Source: Alphaproteobacteria bacterium (lineage in GTDB: Bacteria > Pseudomonadota > Alphaproteobacteria > CALKHQ01). From it: a stretch of 64,000 nt of DNA. The notes below the pieces were generated by a model that worked only from the letters and a program-made list of their open reading frames with translations, was not told the DNA's origin and did not search any database. This document shows, piece by piece, positions 9,510 to 19,255 of the stretch. Position 1 is the stretch's first letter; every line of letters starts with the position of its first letter. The stretch covers positions 192,001 through 256,000 of the forward strand of contig CBDDFZ010000002.1 of assembly GCA_965227515.1 (NCBI GenBank). Reading direction: 5' to 3'. Both the position numbers and the translations under genes were made by a program.

Positions 9510-10829
9510 GTGGACCGGGAAAAGAACCTTCAACGCTATCTGGCCGACCGCCGTACCGTGCTGAAGGGCGGCCTGGCCGCTGCGGGCGCGATGGCGGCGC
9601 CCGGGCTGGCCGGCCGGGCCAGCGCTGCACCGGCGGATCCGCTGCACTTCGTCGGTTGGCAGTACAACCCGCAGATCGTGGAAGAGAACGTTGGCATCTT
9701 CCGTGACCTCTACGACGAGAACGTGAATTACGAGCTGGTGCCGGGCGAATACCACGCCGTGGTCGAGACCAAGCTGATCGCCGGCCAGCACATCGACATG
9801 ATGTACTCCGAGGAAGACCGCATCCTGCGCTGGAACCGTGCCGGCTGGACGCGCAGCCTGGACGGGCTGCCGGGCCTCGACGAGATCAAGGCCAATATGT
9901 ACGACGTCAACGTCCACAATATGTCGCTGCCCGACGGCACCCTCGGCGGCCTGCCGTACTACACCGGCTTCAACTCCTTCGTGTGCAACCAGAACCACCT
10001 GGACGCCGCCGGCCTGGAGCCGCCGGAGAGCTGGGAAGAGTTGATGGAGCAATGCCGCCAGCTCAAGCAGGACGGCATCTCCGAATACCCGTACATCAGC
10101 GCCTGGACGCGGCAGTGGCCGACGCTGTCGTGGAGCCTGTTCTCGATCTGGTATTCGGAAGGCGCGAAGGTCTTCGACGAGAACAACGACCCCGACTTCG
10201 GGCCGGAGTTCCGCTCGGTGCTGGAAATGCACCGCCAGATGTACGAGGAAGAGCTCGTCGTTCCCGACATCATGACGCTGCAGGGCGAGGCGGTGCCGAA
10301 CTTCGCCACCGGCCAGCACACCTACATGGTGGTGCACGAGTACGACCAGAAGGTGTTCAACACGCCTGATATGTCGCAGATCGCCGGCGCCTGCCGCAAC
10401 GCGATCATGCCGGGCAAGACGCGGTCGACCTTCATCTGGACCGCGGTCTACCAGATGGGCGCGAACCCGATCGACGAACAGCGCGCCTGGGACCTGATGC
10501 AGTTCTTCGGCGGCAAGGCGTCGGACGGCAACTACTACGTCGCCGAGCGCTGGGCGCTGGAGTTCGGCCTGGGCACGCCGCACAAGGAGGTCATCGAGAG
10601 CGCGGAGGTGCAGGAAGCCTTCTCGCAGTGGAAGGACATGGAGGTCGCGACCCAGCAACTGGAGACCGCCACCACCCGCGACGTCGCCAAGACCATGTGG
10701 TTCCCGGAATGGGACTGGTACATGATGGGCGAGGTTCAGGACTACATCCGAGGCGAGCAGTCGACCGACGAGCTGATCGACAAGCTGCACGCCAAGGCGG
10801 TCGAGGTGAAGAGCCTCTATCCCGAATAA
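9510..10829 (+). CDS. Sugar ABC transporter substrate-binding protein (CUT1) with Tat signal
   Basis: DRRTVLKGG twin-arginine leader, GGLPYY and PPESWEELM motifs; first gene of the ABC operon. Confidence 0.88.
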   Translation: MDREKNLQRYLADRRTVLKGGLAAAGAMAAPGLAGRASAAPADPLHFVGWQYNPQIVEENVGIFRDLYDENVNYELVPGEYHAVVETKLIAGQHIDMMYSEEDRILRWNRAGWTRSLDGLPGLDEIKANMYDVNVHNMSLPDGTLGGLPYYTGFNSFVCNQNHLDAAGLEPPESWEELMEQCRQLKQDGISEYPYISAWTRQWPTLSWSLFSIWYSEGAKVFDENNDPDFGPEFRSVLEMHRQMYEEELVVPDIMTLQGEAVPNFATGQHTYMVVHEYDQKVFNTPDMSQIAGACRNAIMPGKTRSTFIWTAVYQMGANPIDEQRAWDLMQFFGGKASDGNYYVAERWALEFGLGTPHKEVIESAEVQEAFSQWKDMEVATQQLETATTRDVAKTMWFPEWDWYMMGEVQDYIRGEQSTDELIDKLHAKAVEVKSLYPE

Positions 10830-10843
10830 GCCTCAACGGACGT

Positions 10844-10868
10844 CGGCGGCCGCGCCCAGCGGCCGCCG
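10844..10868 (+). terminator. Intercistronic hairpin after the binding-protein gene (mRNA stabiliser or partial terminator)
   Basis: CGGCGGCCGC-gccca-GCGGCCGCCG, a perfect 10-bp stem with no strong U-tract. Confidence 0.45.
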
Positions 10869-10915
10869 GTTCCCGGCTTGACTCATCACACTGAAACACG
10901 CGCAAGACTGGGGCA

Positions 10916-12856
10916 ATGACCGCAGACACCGCTACGCCGTCGTCGATACCGGCGCGCGCCAGCCGGCGGCGCGACCGGCCGCGCATTCTGGTGCCGGTGC
11001 TGCTGACGGTGCCCGCGTTGCTGGTGGTGTTCGTCGTGTTCGGCATGCCGCTGGGCTATTCGCTGGTGCTCAGCCTGCACCGCATCAACATGCTGACCCA
11101 GCAATGGACCTTTGTGTGGTTCGACAACTACCTCGACATCCTGCCGCACGAGGAGTTCCTGTCGGCGCTTGGCCGCACCGCCTATTTCACCGCGATCACG
11201 GTGATCGGCGGGCTGATTGTCGGCATGGGCATGGCGCTGGCGCTGAACTGCCGCTTCCCCGGCCGCAACTTCCTGCGCAGCGCGATGCTGGTGCCCTGGG
11301 CGATGGCGCCGGTGGCCGTGGGCATCCTGTGGGGCTGGATGTTCAACGGCGAATACGGCACGCTGAACGCGCTGCTCTACGACCTGGGCCTGATCGAGGA
11401 CCCCGTCCATTGGCTGGCTGACGGCGACACCGCCTTCAACCTGGTGGCCCTGGTCCACATCTGGAACCAGGCGCCGCTGGCAGCACTCCTGATCCTGGCC
11501 GGGCTGCAATCCCTGCCCGAGAACCTGCACCGGGCCGCGCGCATCGACGGTGCCGGCCCGATCGAGCGCTTCGTCAAGATCACGCTGCCCTGGCTGCGGC
11601 CGATGATGCTGCTGATCCTGATCCTGACCTCGATCAACTCGATCATGGCGTTCGACCTGTTCTGGATCATGACCAAGGGCGGGCCCGGTAGCGCCACCAC
11701 GGTCTTCTCGTGGATGGGCTACGCCTATGCATTCCAGTTCTCGCGCTATGGCGAAGGTGCGGCGATCCTGTTCGTGCTCACCATCGTCTGCCTGATCCTG
11801 GCCTGGCTCTATCTGAAACTGTTCTTTCCGAAGACGGCCCGGCGCGGCGGTGGCGAGGGTGGTGGCGTGCGTGTCGCCCGGTTGGCCGACACCCTGATCG
11901 TCCGCGCGTCGGAAATCGGTGCCGGGGCAGCGTCGCGCCTGTTGCGCCTGCCCGTCCGGCACCGCTCCAGCCTGATGTCGGGCCAGGCGCGGCGGGTGGC
12001 GTGGCGCGTCTTCCTGACCGTGGTCGCGATCCTGATCTTCGTCTGGTCGTTCGGGCCGTTCCTGTGGCTGGTGCTGATGAGCCTGTCCACGTCGGCCGAC
12101 CTTGTGCGCAGCCCGCCGACCTCCATTCCGACCACGCTGACCTTGGAGAACTACCGCTTCGTGCTGTTCCCCGGCGGCGTGGAGGACGGCCAGTCGTCGA
12201 TCCAGGCGACCCGGGTGCCGCGCTCGATCATGAACAGCTTCATCATCGCCTCGGCGGTGACGGCCATCAACTTGCTGCTTGGCTCGATCGCGGCGTACGC
12301 GTACGCGCGCAACCAGCACAGCCGCGTCATGAACACCACGCTGTGGGTGCTGATGATGACGCGCATGGCGCCCAGCCTGGCGCTGATCCTGCCGTTCTTC
12401 ATCGTGTTCCGTGCGCTCGACCTGATCGACACCCACCTCGCGCTGATCATCGCCTATTGCAGCCTGATCCTGCCGCTGTCGATCTGGATGATGAAGGGCT
12501 ACTTCGAATCCATGCCGCCGAACCTGGAGAAGGCGGCGATGGTGGACGGCTGCACCCGCTGGAAGGCGCTGTGGAAGGTGGTGTTCCCGGTGGCGCGGCC
12601 GGGCATCGTGGCCACCGGCATCTTCTGTTTCCTGGTCAGCTGGAACGAGTTCATCTTCGCGCTGATCCTGACCGGCTCGCCGAATGCGCAGACCATTCCG
12701 GTGGTCATCGCCGGCTTCCTGGCGCAGCTCAGATTCTACGACTTCGGGCCCATGTTCGCCGCCAGCGCATTGGCGGTGATCCCGCCCGTTCTGGTGGCGC
12801 TGCTGTTCCAGCGCTACCTGGTCAGCGGCATGCTGTCCGGTTCGCTGAAGGGATGA
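10916..12856 (+). CDS. Fused double ABC permease (MalF-like plus MalG-like)
   Basis: Two EAA loops in one ORF (LHRAARIDGA...ITLPWLRP and LEKAAMVDGC...VVFPVARPG) joined by a Gly/Arg-rich linker. Confidence 0.88.
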   Translation: MTADTATPSSIPARASRRRDRPRILVPVLLTVPALLVVFVVFGMPLGYSLVLSLHRINMLTQQWTFVWFDNYLDILPHEEFLSALGRTAYFTAITVIGGLIVGMGMALALNCRFPGRNFLRSAMLVPWAMAPVAVGILWGWMFNGEYGTLNALLYDLGLIEDPVHWLADGDTAFNLVALVHIWNQAPLAALLILAGLQSLPENLHRAARIDGAGPIERFVKITLPWLRPMMLLILILTSINSIMAFDLFWIMTKGGPGSATTVFSWMGYAYAFQFSRYGEGAAILFVLTIVCLILAWLYLKLFFPKTARRGGGEGGGVRVARLADTLIVRASEIGAGAASRLLRLPVRHRSSLMSGQARRVAWRVFLTVVAILIFVWSFGPFLWLVLMSLSTSADLVRSPPTSIPTTLTLENYRFVLFPGGVEDGQSSIQATRVPRSIMNSFIIASAVTAINLLLGSIAAYAYARNQHSRVMNTTLWVLMMTRMAPSLALILPFFIVFRALDLIDTHLALIIAYCSLILPLSIWMMKGYFESMPPNLEKAAMVDGCTRWKALWKVVFPVARPGIVATGIFCFLVSWNEFIFALILTGSPNAQTIPVVIAGFLAQLRFYDFGPMFAASALAVIPPVLVALLFQRYLVSGMLSGSLKG

Positions 12857-12869
12857 CAGGGAGGAACCG

Positions 12870-13967
12870 ATGGCGAGCGTGACCCTGCGGCAATTGACCA
12901 AGATGTTCGGCGACGTGACCGCCGTCAATGCGCTGGACGTGGCGATCAGCGACGGCGAGTTCCTGACCCTGCTCGGGCCCTCCGGCTGCGGCAAGTCGAC
13001 CGCGCTGGCGTGCATCGCCGGGTTGGAGATACCGACCGGCGGCGAGATCGTGTTCGACGACCAGCCGGTGACCGACCTGATGGCGCACCAGCGCAACGTC
13101 GCCATGGTGTTCCAGGACTACGCGCTCTACCCGCACATGAGCGTGCGCGAGAACATGAGCTTCGGCCTGCGCCAGCAGAAAGTGGCGGCGGCCGACATTC
13201 GCCAGCAGGTCGACACCGCCGCCGAGATGCTGGACCTGACCATGCTGCTCGACCGGCGGCCGGCGGAGCTTTCCGGCGGCCAGCGCCAGCGCGTCGCGGT
13301 CGGCCGGGCGGTGGTGCGCAACCCGTCAGTGTTTCTGATGGACGAGCCGCTGTCCAACCTGGACGCCGGGCTCCGGATCAAGACCCGCACCCAGATCAAG
13401 AGCCTGCAGCGCACGCTGGGCGTCACCTCCGTCTTCGTCACCCACGACCAGGAAGAGGCGATGGTGCTGTCGGACCGGATCGCGGTGATGCGGCTTGGCC
13501 AGTTGCAGCAGATCGGCCCGCCGATGGATGTCTATCGCGACCCGGACAATCTGTTCGTCGCCTCGTTCATCGGCAGCCCGGCGATGAACTTTCTGGAGGC
13601 GACGGTGCAGGCCGCCGACGGCGGGCTGGCCTGCTGGTTCGCCGACCAGCAGGTCGCATTGCCGGCCAGCGTGCTGCGCCATGGCCAGGTGGATGGCACC
13701 GGGCGCGCCGTCGTGCTCGGCATCCGCCCGACCGATCTTCAGGTCGGCGGCCCCATTGAGGAGACACGGGGCGAGGCGATGCGCGGCGAGGTGTTCCTGG
13801 TCGAGCCGGTCGGCCCGGTGTCCTATGTCGACGTCAAGATCGGCGAGTTCGTGGTCAAGGCGGTCTGCGAGCCCGATGACGCGCCGCAGATCGGCGAGAC
13901 CGTCACCCTGAATTTCCTGGCCGAGCGTGCGCGCCTGTTCGATCCGGACAGCGAGCAGCGCTTGTAG
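12870..13967 (+). CDS. Sugar ABC transporter ATP-binding protein (MalK/UgpC type)
   Basis: GPSGCGKS, LSGGQRQR, MDEPLSNLD and FIGSPAMN motifs, C-terminal TOBE-like region. Confidence 0.95.
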   Translation: MASVTLRQLTKMFGDVTAVNALDVAISDGEFLTLLGPSGCGKSTALACIAGLEIPTGGEIVFDDQPVTDLMAHQRNVAMVFQDYALYPHMSVRENMSFGLRQQKVAAADIRQQVDTAAEMLDLTMLLDRRPAELSGGQRQRVAVGRAVVRNPSVFLMDEPLSNLDAGLRIKTRTQIKSLQRTLGVTSVFVTHDQEEAMVLSDRIAVMRLGQLQQIGPPMDVYRDPDNLFVASFIGSPAMNFLEATVQAADGGLACWFADQQVALPASVLRHGQVDGTGRAVVLGIRPTDLQVGGPIEETRGEAMRGEVFLVEPVGPVSYVDVKIGEFVVKAVCEPDDAPQIGETVTLNFLAERARLFDPDSEQRL

Positions 13968-14020
13968 GCCAATTCTAGAATGGCTGCCTTTGGGCCGCTC
14001 CAATCGGAGGAAAAGAAGAG

Positions 14021-15043
14021 ATGGCGATGGACAAGGTGAAGCTGGCCGTGGTCGGGGCCGGCATCTGGGGCGAGAACCATGCGATGGCCTTCGCCCACTA
14101 CCCGCTGGTCGACCTTGCCTATATCTGCGACCTGGATGGCGACCGCGCCAAGGCGCTGGCCGACAAGGTGGGCTGCGACTGGACGACCGATATCGACGCG
14201 CTGGCCAACAGCGACATCGACGGCGCCAGCATCGCCACGCCAGACCATGCCCACAAGGGCCCGGCGCTGAAGCTGATCGAAGCCGGCAAGCACCTGCTGA
14301 TCGAGAAGCCCTTCACCACCGACATCGACGAGGCGCGCGAGATCATCGCCGCCTCCGAGGCCAAGGGCACCAAGCTGATGGTGGATTTCCAGTTGCGCTG
14401 GCATCCGCAGTACATGGGCGCCAAGCACTATGTGGAATCCGGCGAACTGGGCGACGCGGTGATGGGCTATGCCCGCCTCAGCGACACCATCTACGTGCCG
14501 ACCAAGATGCTCTCCTGGGGGGCGGCGTCGGGGCCGGAATGGTTCCTGTTCCCGCACACCATGGACGTCACCCGCTGGATCCTGGGCGAGGAGCCGGTGG
14601 AGGTGTTTGCGCGCGGCAGCAAGAAGGTTCTGGCCGGCATGGGCATCGACGCCTGGGACGCGGTGCAGGCCTCGGTCCAGTTCGAGCGCAGCTTCGTCAC
14701 CTTCGAGACCTGCTGGATCATTCCCGAATCCTACCCGACCGTGGTCGATTCCAAGTTCACGCTCTACGGCAGCACCGGCTGCATCGAGCTGGACAGCACC
14801 CCGGGCATCGCGATCTCGTCCGACCGCTACAAGTACCCGTTCTCCAGCCACGCGATCACGCGTTACGGCAAGCCGTTCGCCCATTTCTATGAGTCGATCA
14901 AGTACTTCGCCGACTGCATCGCCGAGGACAAGGTGCCCGAGGCGACCGGCAATGACGGGCTGGTCGCCACCGCGATGATCCAGGCCACGGTGAAGTCCCT
15001 GAACGAGGGCCGGGCGGTGAAGCTCTCCGAACTGCTTGGCTGA
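14021..15043 (+). CDS. Gfo/Idh/MocA-family NAD(P) oxidoreductase
   Basis: VVGAGIWG, ATPDHAH and IEKP motifs. Confidence 0.9.
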   Translation: MAMDKVKLAVVGAGIWGENHAMAFAHYPLVDLAYICDLDGDRAKALADKVGCDWTTDIDALANSDIDGASIATPDHAHKGPALKLIEAGKHLLIEKPFTTDIDEAREIIAASEAKGTKLMVDFQLRWHPQYMGAKHYVESGELGDAVMGYARLSDTIYVPTKMLSWGAASGPEWFLFPHTMDVTRWILGEEPVEVFARGSKKVLAGMGIDAWDAVQASVQFERSFVTFETCWIIPESYPTVVDSKFTLYGSTGCIELDSTPGIAISSDRYKYPFSSHAITRYGKPFAHFYESIKYFADCIAEDKVPEATGNDGLVATAMIQATVKSLNEGRAVKLSELLG

Positions 15044-15569
15044 CGCCGCGATGGCGGGCCCTTCGGACGCGGTGGACGCGGCTGCGGAATTCGCGGCACT
15101 GGTTGACGTCCTGATCCCCGGCGACGGCGCGTTTCCGGCCGCGAGCACGGTCGGCGCGCAGGCCCGGCTGGCGGAGCGGCTGGATCGCCTGGCCGGGCCG
15201 GGCGCGCACCGGACGTTGCTGGACGGCCTGGCGTCGGCCGGCGGCCCGCTCCGCGATCTCGATGCGGCGCAACGGGCCGGCGCGGTGCGTGGGCTGGAAG
15301 CCGCCGCGCCCGACCTGTTCGAAGCGACCCTGAAGGCGGTCTACCTCAGCTATTACGAGCACCCGTCGGTGCACGCGGCGATCCGCGCGCTCGGCCATCC
15401 CTACCACACGCGCCTGCTGCCGGAGGGCTATGACGTGGCGCCGTTCGACCCCGCCACCGACCGCCCGAGCGAACGGCGGGGCAACTGCCGCACGACCGAC
15501 GAGGTGCGGCGCGTCGACCTGAGCGGCCTCGACTTTGGCGCCGACACGGACGCGCGCGATGGTGGCTAG
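15036..15569 (+). CDS. Gluconate-2-dehydrogenase subunit-3-like small protein
   Basis: LVDVLIPGD...PAAS N-terminal motif and YLSYYEHP...LGHPY C-terminus; upstream of a GMC flavoprotein; start may be the ATG at 15051. Confidence 0.6.
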   Translation: MADAAMAGPSDAVDAAAEFAALVDVLIPGDGAFPAASTVGAQARLAERLDRLAGPGAHRTLLDGLASAGGPLRDLDAAQRAGAVRGLEAAAPDLFEATLKAVYLSYYEHPSVHAAIRALGHPYHTRLLPEGYDVAPFDPATDRPSERRGNCRTTDEVRRVDLSGLDFGADTDARDGG

Positions 15570-15640
15570 CTTGAATGTCGCGTTCGTTTATGGAGCCAGG
15601 TCATGGCCCAGGTATGCTGGCTGTTCGCTACAACTCAATT

Positions 15641-15777
15641 GTCGTCCTCGCCCTTGTGGCGAGGACCCATCGCCGTCCAATACGCCGACGACCTTGACGG
15701 CCCTGAGGCATGTTGTGGCGGGGCAAAGCTCCAGACCGCCACACAAATGGGCCCTCGGCACGGAGGCCGAGGGCGAC
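15641..15777. repeat. REP-doublet (REPIN-like) element, copy 1
   Basis: GTCGTCCTCGCCCTTGTGGCGAGGACCCAT at 15641 and an inverted variant ending ...GCCGAGGGCGAC at 15777. Confidence 0.8.
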
Positions 15778-15826
15778 GAAGGTATTTGGCGGCAGGATGC
15801 GCGCAAGTCCTGGTGGGACCCCGGAC

Positions 15827-17449
15827 ATGACCGCTAGCGAAACCGAAATCGCCGATGTCGCGGTGGTCGGCGCCGGTGTGTCCGGCGCGCTGGTCAGCCT
15901 GATCCTGGCCGAGGCCGGCATCGACGTGGTGTGCCTGGAGCAGGGCGGCCGGGTCGCCCCCGGTGCCTATCCGCACGACGATGCCGACTGGGAATGGCAG
16001 CGCTCGACCGTGTGGCATCCCGAGCCGAACACCCGCCGTGGCGAGGACGACTACGCCGTCGACACCGACAGCGAGGCCACGCTGATGTGGAACGCGGTCG
16101 GCGGCTCCAGCGTCATCTACACCGCGCTATGGCCGCGTTATCGCCCATCCGACTTCCGCAAGGGCGACGAGCACGGTCTGGCACCGAACTGGCCGATCAC
16201 CTACGAGGACTTGGCGCCCTACTATGACCGCGCCGACCGGCTGCTCGGCACCAGTGGATTGGCTGGCGATCCGGGTGGCCCGCCGGTCTCCAGCTATCCG
16301 ACCCCGCCGCTGCCGATCGGGGCGGTCGGGCGCCGGCTCGCCGGCGGGTTCGACAAGCTTGGCTGGCACTGGTGGCCAATGCCGGCCGGTGTCATCTCGC
16401 AGGATTATGACGGCCGTCCGGGCTGCAACGGCTGCGGCGGCTGTGTCGCCGGCTGCCCGCGCGGCTCCATGAGCAATGTCGGCTTTTCGATCTGGCCCAA
16501 GGCGTTGCGAGCCGGCGCCAGGCTGATCACCCGCGCGCGTGCGCTGCAGATCGAGACCGACGGCGCCGGGCGTGCCACCGGTGTGGTTTACGCCGACCGC
16601 GACGCGGGCTGCCAGCGCCGCCAGCGGGCGCGCACTGTCGTGCTGGCTGGCAATGGCGTCGGCTCGGCGCGGCTGTTGCTGGCGTCAGGCAACCTCGCCA
16701 ACAGCTCCGACCAGGTCGGCCGCAACCTGACCCACCACACGCTGGTGGGCACCGAGATGTGGGTGGACGAACCCCTCGCTTCGCACACCGGCTCGCTGGG
16801 CGCGGTGATCAGCCAGGAGTTCGCCGAGACCGACACCGCACGCGGCTTCGTCAACGGCTTCAATTTCAACTGTGTCGGCATGGAGGGCGCGGGCCTGCAG
16901 TCGCTGGGCTTCCTCTCGCCCGGCGGCGCGCCATGGGGCGAGGGCCATCACGACTGGTTCCGCCGGCATTTCGGCCACGGCTTCGTCGCGTTCGCCATCG
17001 GCGACGATATCCCGCACCCGGACAATCGGGTGACCCTGTCACCTGATATCGGCGACGAGGACGGGCTGCCGATCCCGCGCATCGACTATGCGCCGCATGC
17101 CAACGACTGGGCGATGATGCGCTTTGCCGCCCAGCGGCTGGAGGAGCTGGCCGGCGCCGTCGGCAGCTTCGAGCATCGCATGGTCGACTACGTCGATCCG
17201 CAGACCGGCCGCTACCGCCCGCCGGCCTGGCATCTGCTCGGCACCTGCCGCATGGGCGACGACCGCGAGACCTCGGTCGTCGACAAGTGGAACCGGTGCT
17301 GGGACGTGCCGAACCTGCTGGTGGTCGACGGCGGGGCGCTGACCACCGCCGGGGCGGTCAATCCGACCCCGACGATTGCCGCCGTCGCCGTGCGCGCCGC
17401 CGAGCGCTTGTGTAAGGATCGCGGGCGCGCAGAGGCCGACCCGACATAG
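15827..17449 (+). CDS. GMC-family FAD oxidoreductase with Cys cluster
   Basis: VVGAGVSG, VGGSSVIY, CNGCGGCVAGCP, HLLGTCRMG and NPTPTI motifs. Confidence 0.9.
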   Translation: MTASETEIADVAVVGAGVSGALVSLILAEAGIDVVCLEQGGRVAPGAYPHDDADWEWQRSTVWHPEPNTRRGEDDYAVDTDSEATLMWNAVGGSSVIYTALWPRYRPSDFRKGDEHGLAPNWPITYEDLAPYYDRADRLLGTSGLAGDPGGPPVSSYPTPPLPIGAVGRRLAGGFDKLGWHWWPMPAGVISQDYDGRPGCNGCGGCVAGCPRGSMSNVGFSIWPKALRAGARLITRARALQIETDGAGRATGVVYADRDAGCQRRQRARTVVLAGNGVGSARLLLASGNLANSSDQVGRNLTHHTLVGTEMWVDEPLASHTGSLGAVISQEFAETDTARGFVNGFNFNCVGMEGAGLQSLGFLSPGGAPWGEGHHDWFRRHFGHGFVAFAIGDDIPHPDNRVTLSPDIGDEDGLPIPRIDYAPHANDWAMMRFAAQRLEELAGAVGSFEHRMVDYVDPQTGRYRPPAWHLLGTCRMGDDRETSVVDKWNRCWDVPNLLVVDGGALTTAGAVNPTPTIAAVAVRAAERLCKDRGRAEADPT

Positions 17450-17460
17450 ACGAGCCTGCG

Positions 17461-17871
17461 CTAGGCTTTCGCCTCGGCATCGAGTTCGTCGAACAGGCCC
17501 TGCACGATCCGCATGGCGTCGAGCGATGCCGGCGCGCCGCAGTAGATGGCGCCCTGCAGCACGATCTCCACGATCTCCTCGCGGCTGAGCCCATTGGTCA
17601 GGGCGCCGCGGGCGTGGACCTTGAACTCGTTCGGCCGGTTCAGCGCCATGGTCATGCCGAGGTTCAGCACGCTGCGCAGCTTCCGGTCGAGGCCGGGCCG
17701 CCCCCAAATCTCGCCCCAGCACCACTCGGTGATCAGCTTCTGCAGCGGGGCGGAGTAATCGGTGGCGGCGGCCAGCGACTTGTCGACATAGGCGTCGCCC
17801 AGCACCTCGCGCCGGATCGTCAGCCCCTGCTCGAACATGTCGCCCTCGAAAGACGGGTGGCGGGTGCTCAT
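17461..17871 (-). CDS. Carboxymuconolactone decarboxylase-family protein
   Basis: GLTIRREVLG, WGEIWGRPGLDRKLRS and AIYCGAPA motifs (PcaC-like). Confidence 0.88.
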   Translation of the reverse strand: MSTRHPSFEGDMFEQGLTIRREVLGDAYVDKSLAAATDYSAPLQKLITEWCWGEIWGRPGLDRKLRSVLNLGMTMALNRPNEFKVHARGALTNGLSREEIVEIVLQGAIYCGAPASLDAMRIVQGLFDELDAEAKA

Positions 17872-19250
17872 GGTGGTCCTCCGTGTTCTGGAATTCTCGG
17901 CCGTGCCTGCGCCATGAGTGCGCCGATGCTGCCGGTCTTGGGAAGCGCCCAGAGTGCCGTGGCAAGCGATCCCGCGTCCACAGCGGGTGCGCCGTGGCGG
18001 GCGAGTGCCGCGAACTTGGCCATGAGGTCATCATCGCTCATCGGGCAGCCTGGATTGCCGCGGCCGACCGGCACCGTGACCGCGATTTGCGCGCCATCGG
18101 CCATGTCGATCTTCACCGAGGCGCACTCCACCGGCACGGCCGGATCGGCCCCGATCTCGCCGACGCGCTCGGCGAGGGCCCTGACGTTCGGCGCGCGCAC
18201 GGCGTCGTCGGAGAAGTCGGCAACCCCGGCGGTGCCGCGCAACAGGCTGACCGCGACCGCGTGCTGGGCGCTGACCTGCGCCTCGCGCCCTGTCGTGACG
18301 CCCGGGCGGTCGGTGCGCGCTTTCAGCAGCGGATTGCCGGAAATCGTGACCTGCGCGATCCGCGCGGGATCGAAACCGGGGTCGGCGCGGGCCTCCAGGC
18401 AGGCGTCGATCACCGGGTTCAGCACCACCCCGCACGGATAGGGCTTGAACATATCGTTCTTCAGGTCCCAGTGTGTGCCCAGGCCATCCTCGATGGCGTC
18501 CGGGCGCGGCGCGTCGCAGCAGACGGCCAGGAAACCGCGCGGGCCTTCAAGGGGTTGCTCCGGGCCGGCGACGCCGGCCTCGGCCATCAGCGCCGACATC
18601 AGCCCGTTGCGCGCGGCCCCGCCCACACCGACGCTCTTGGCCATGTGGCCCAGCGTTTCGACCAGCCCGGATGCCTGCGCCGACGCGTTGCCCAGCGCCC
18701 ACAGCGTGCGCGTGGCGTCCAGGCCGAGCAGCTTCGTGGCAGCAGCGGCGGCGCCAAAGATGCCGCAGGTCGCGGTGATGTGCCAGCCGCGGTTGTAGTG
18801 GCCCGGCGACACCGCGTTGCCGATGCGGCAGGCGACCTCGATCCCCAGCGCCACCGCGTGGATCAGCGTCGCGCCGCCGATGGGGCGGGTCTCGGCAAGC
18901 GCCAGTGCCGCCGGCAGCACCGGGGCCGTCGGGTGGATGATGGTGCCGGCGTGGTTGTCGTCGAAGTCGAACACGTTGATCGCTGCGCCGTTCAGGAACG
19001 CGGCGGTCGGCATGTCCGCGCGCTGCGCGTGGCCGATGACCGTCGCCTGCGCACCCGATGCGAACGGCATCAACAGTTCGGACAGGCGCACGATGGCTTC
19101 GTCGGCACGGCCGCCGAGCGCGGTGCCGAAGCCGTTCAGGACCGCGCGCAAGGCGTGCGCGCGCACGTCATCCGGCAGGTCGCCCGGTGCGGCGGCGCAG
19201 ACGAACCCCGCCAGCCGGCGCGACAGGCCGGCACTGTCGAGCGTGGGCAC
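17868..19250 (-). CDS. MmgE/PrpD-family protein
   Basis: DFDDNH...IHP, GWHITATCG, EGPRGF and FKPYPCG motifs; GTG start inferred at 19250. Confidence 0.88.
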   Translation of the reverse strand: MPTLDSAGLSRRLAGFVCAAAPGDLPDDVRAHALRAVLNGFGTALGGRADEAIVRLSELLMPFASGAQATVIGHAQRADMPTAAFLNGAAINVFDFDDNHAGTIIHPTAPVLPAALALAETRPIGGATLIHAVALGIEVACRIGNAVSPGHYNRGWHITATCGIFGAAAAATKLLGLDATRTLWALGNASAQASGLVETLGHMAKSVGVGGAARNGLMSALMAEAGVAGPEQPLEGPRGFLAVCCDAPRPDAIEDGLGTHWDLKNDMFKPYPCGVVLNPVIDACLEARADPGFDPARIAQVTISGNPLLKARTDRPGVTTGREAQVSAQHAVAVSLLRGTAGVADFSDDAVRAPNVRALAERVGEIGADPAVPVECASVKIDMADGAQIAVTVPVGRGNPGCPMSDDDLMAKFAALARHGAPAVDAGSLATALWALPKTGSIGALMAQARPRIPEHGGPP

Positions 19251-19255
19251 CTGTT

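Noticed and set aside
7884-10790. 968-aa ORF read as a giant ROK fusion
   Set aside because: Only 7884-9161 is ROK-like; the rest is antisense to the binding-protein gene and crosses the promoter gap
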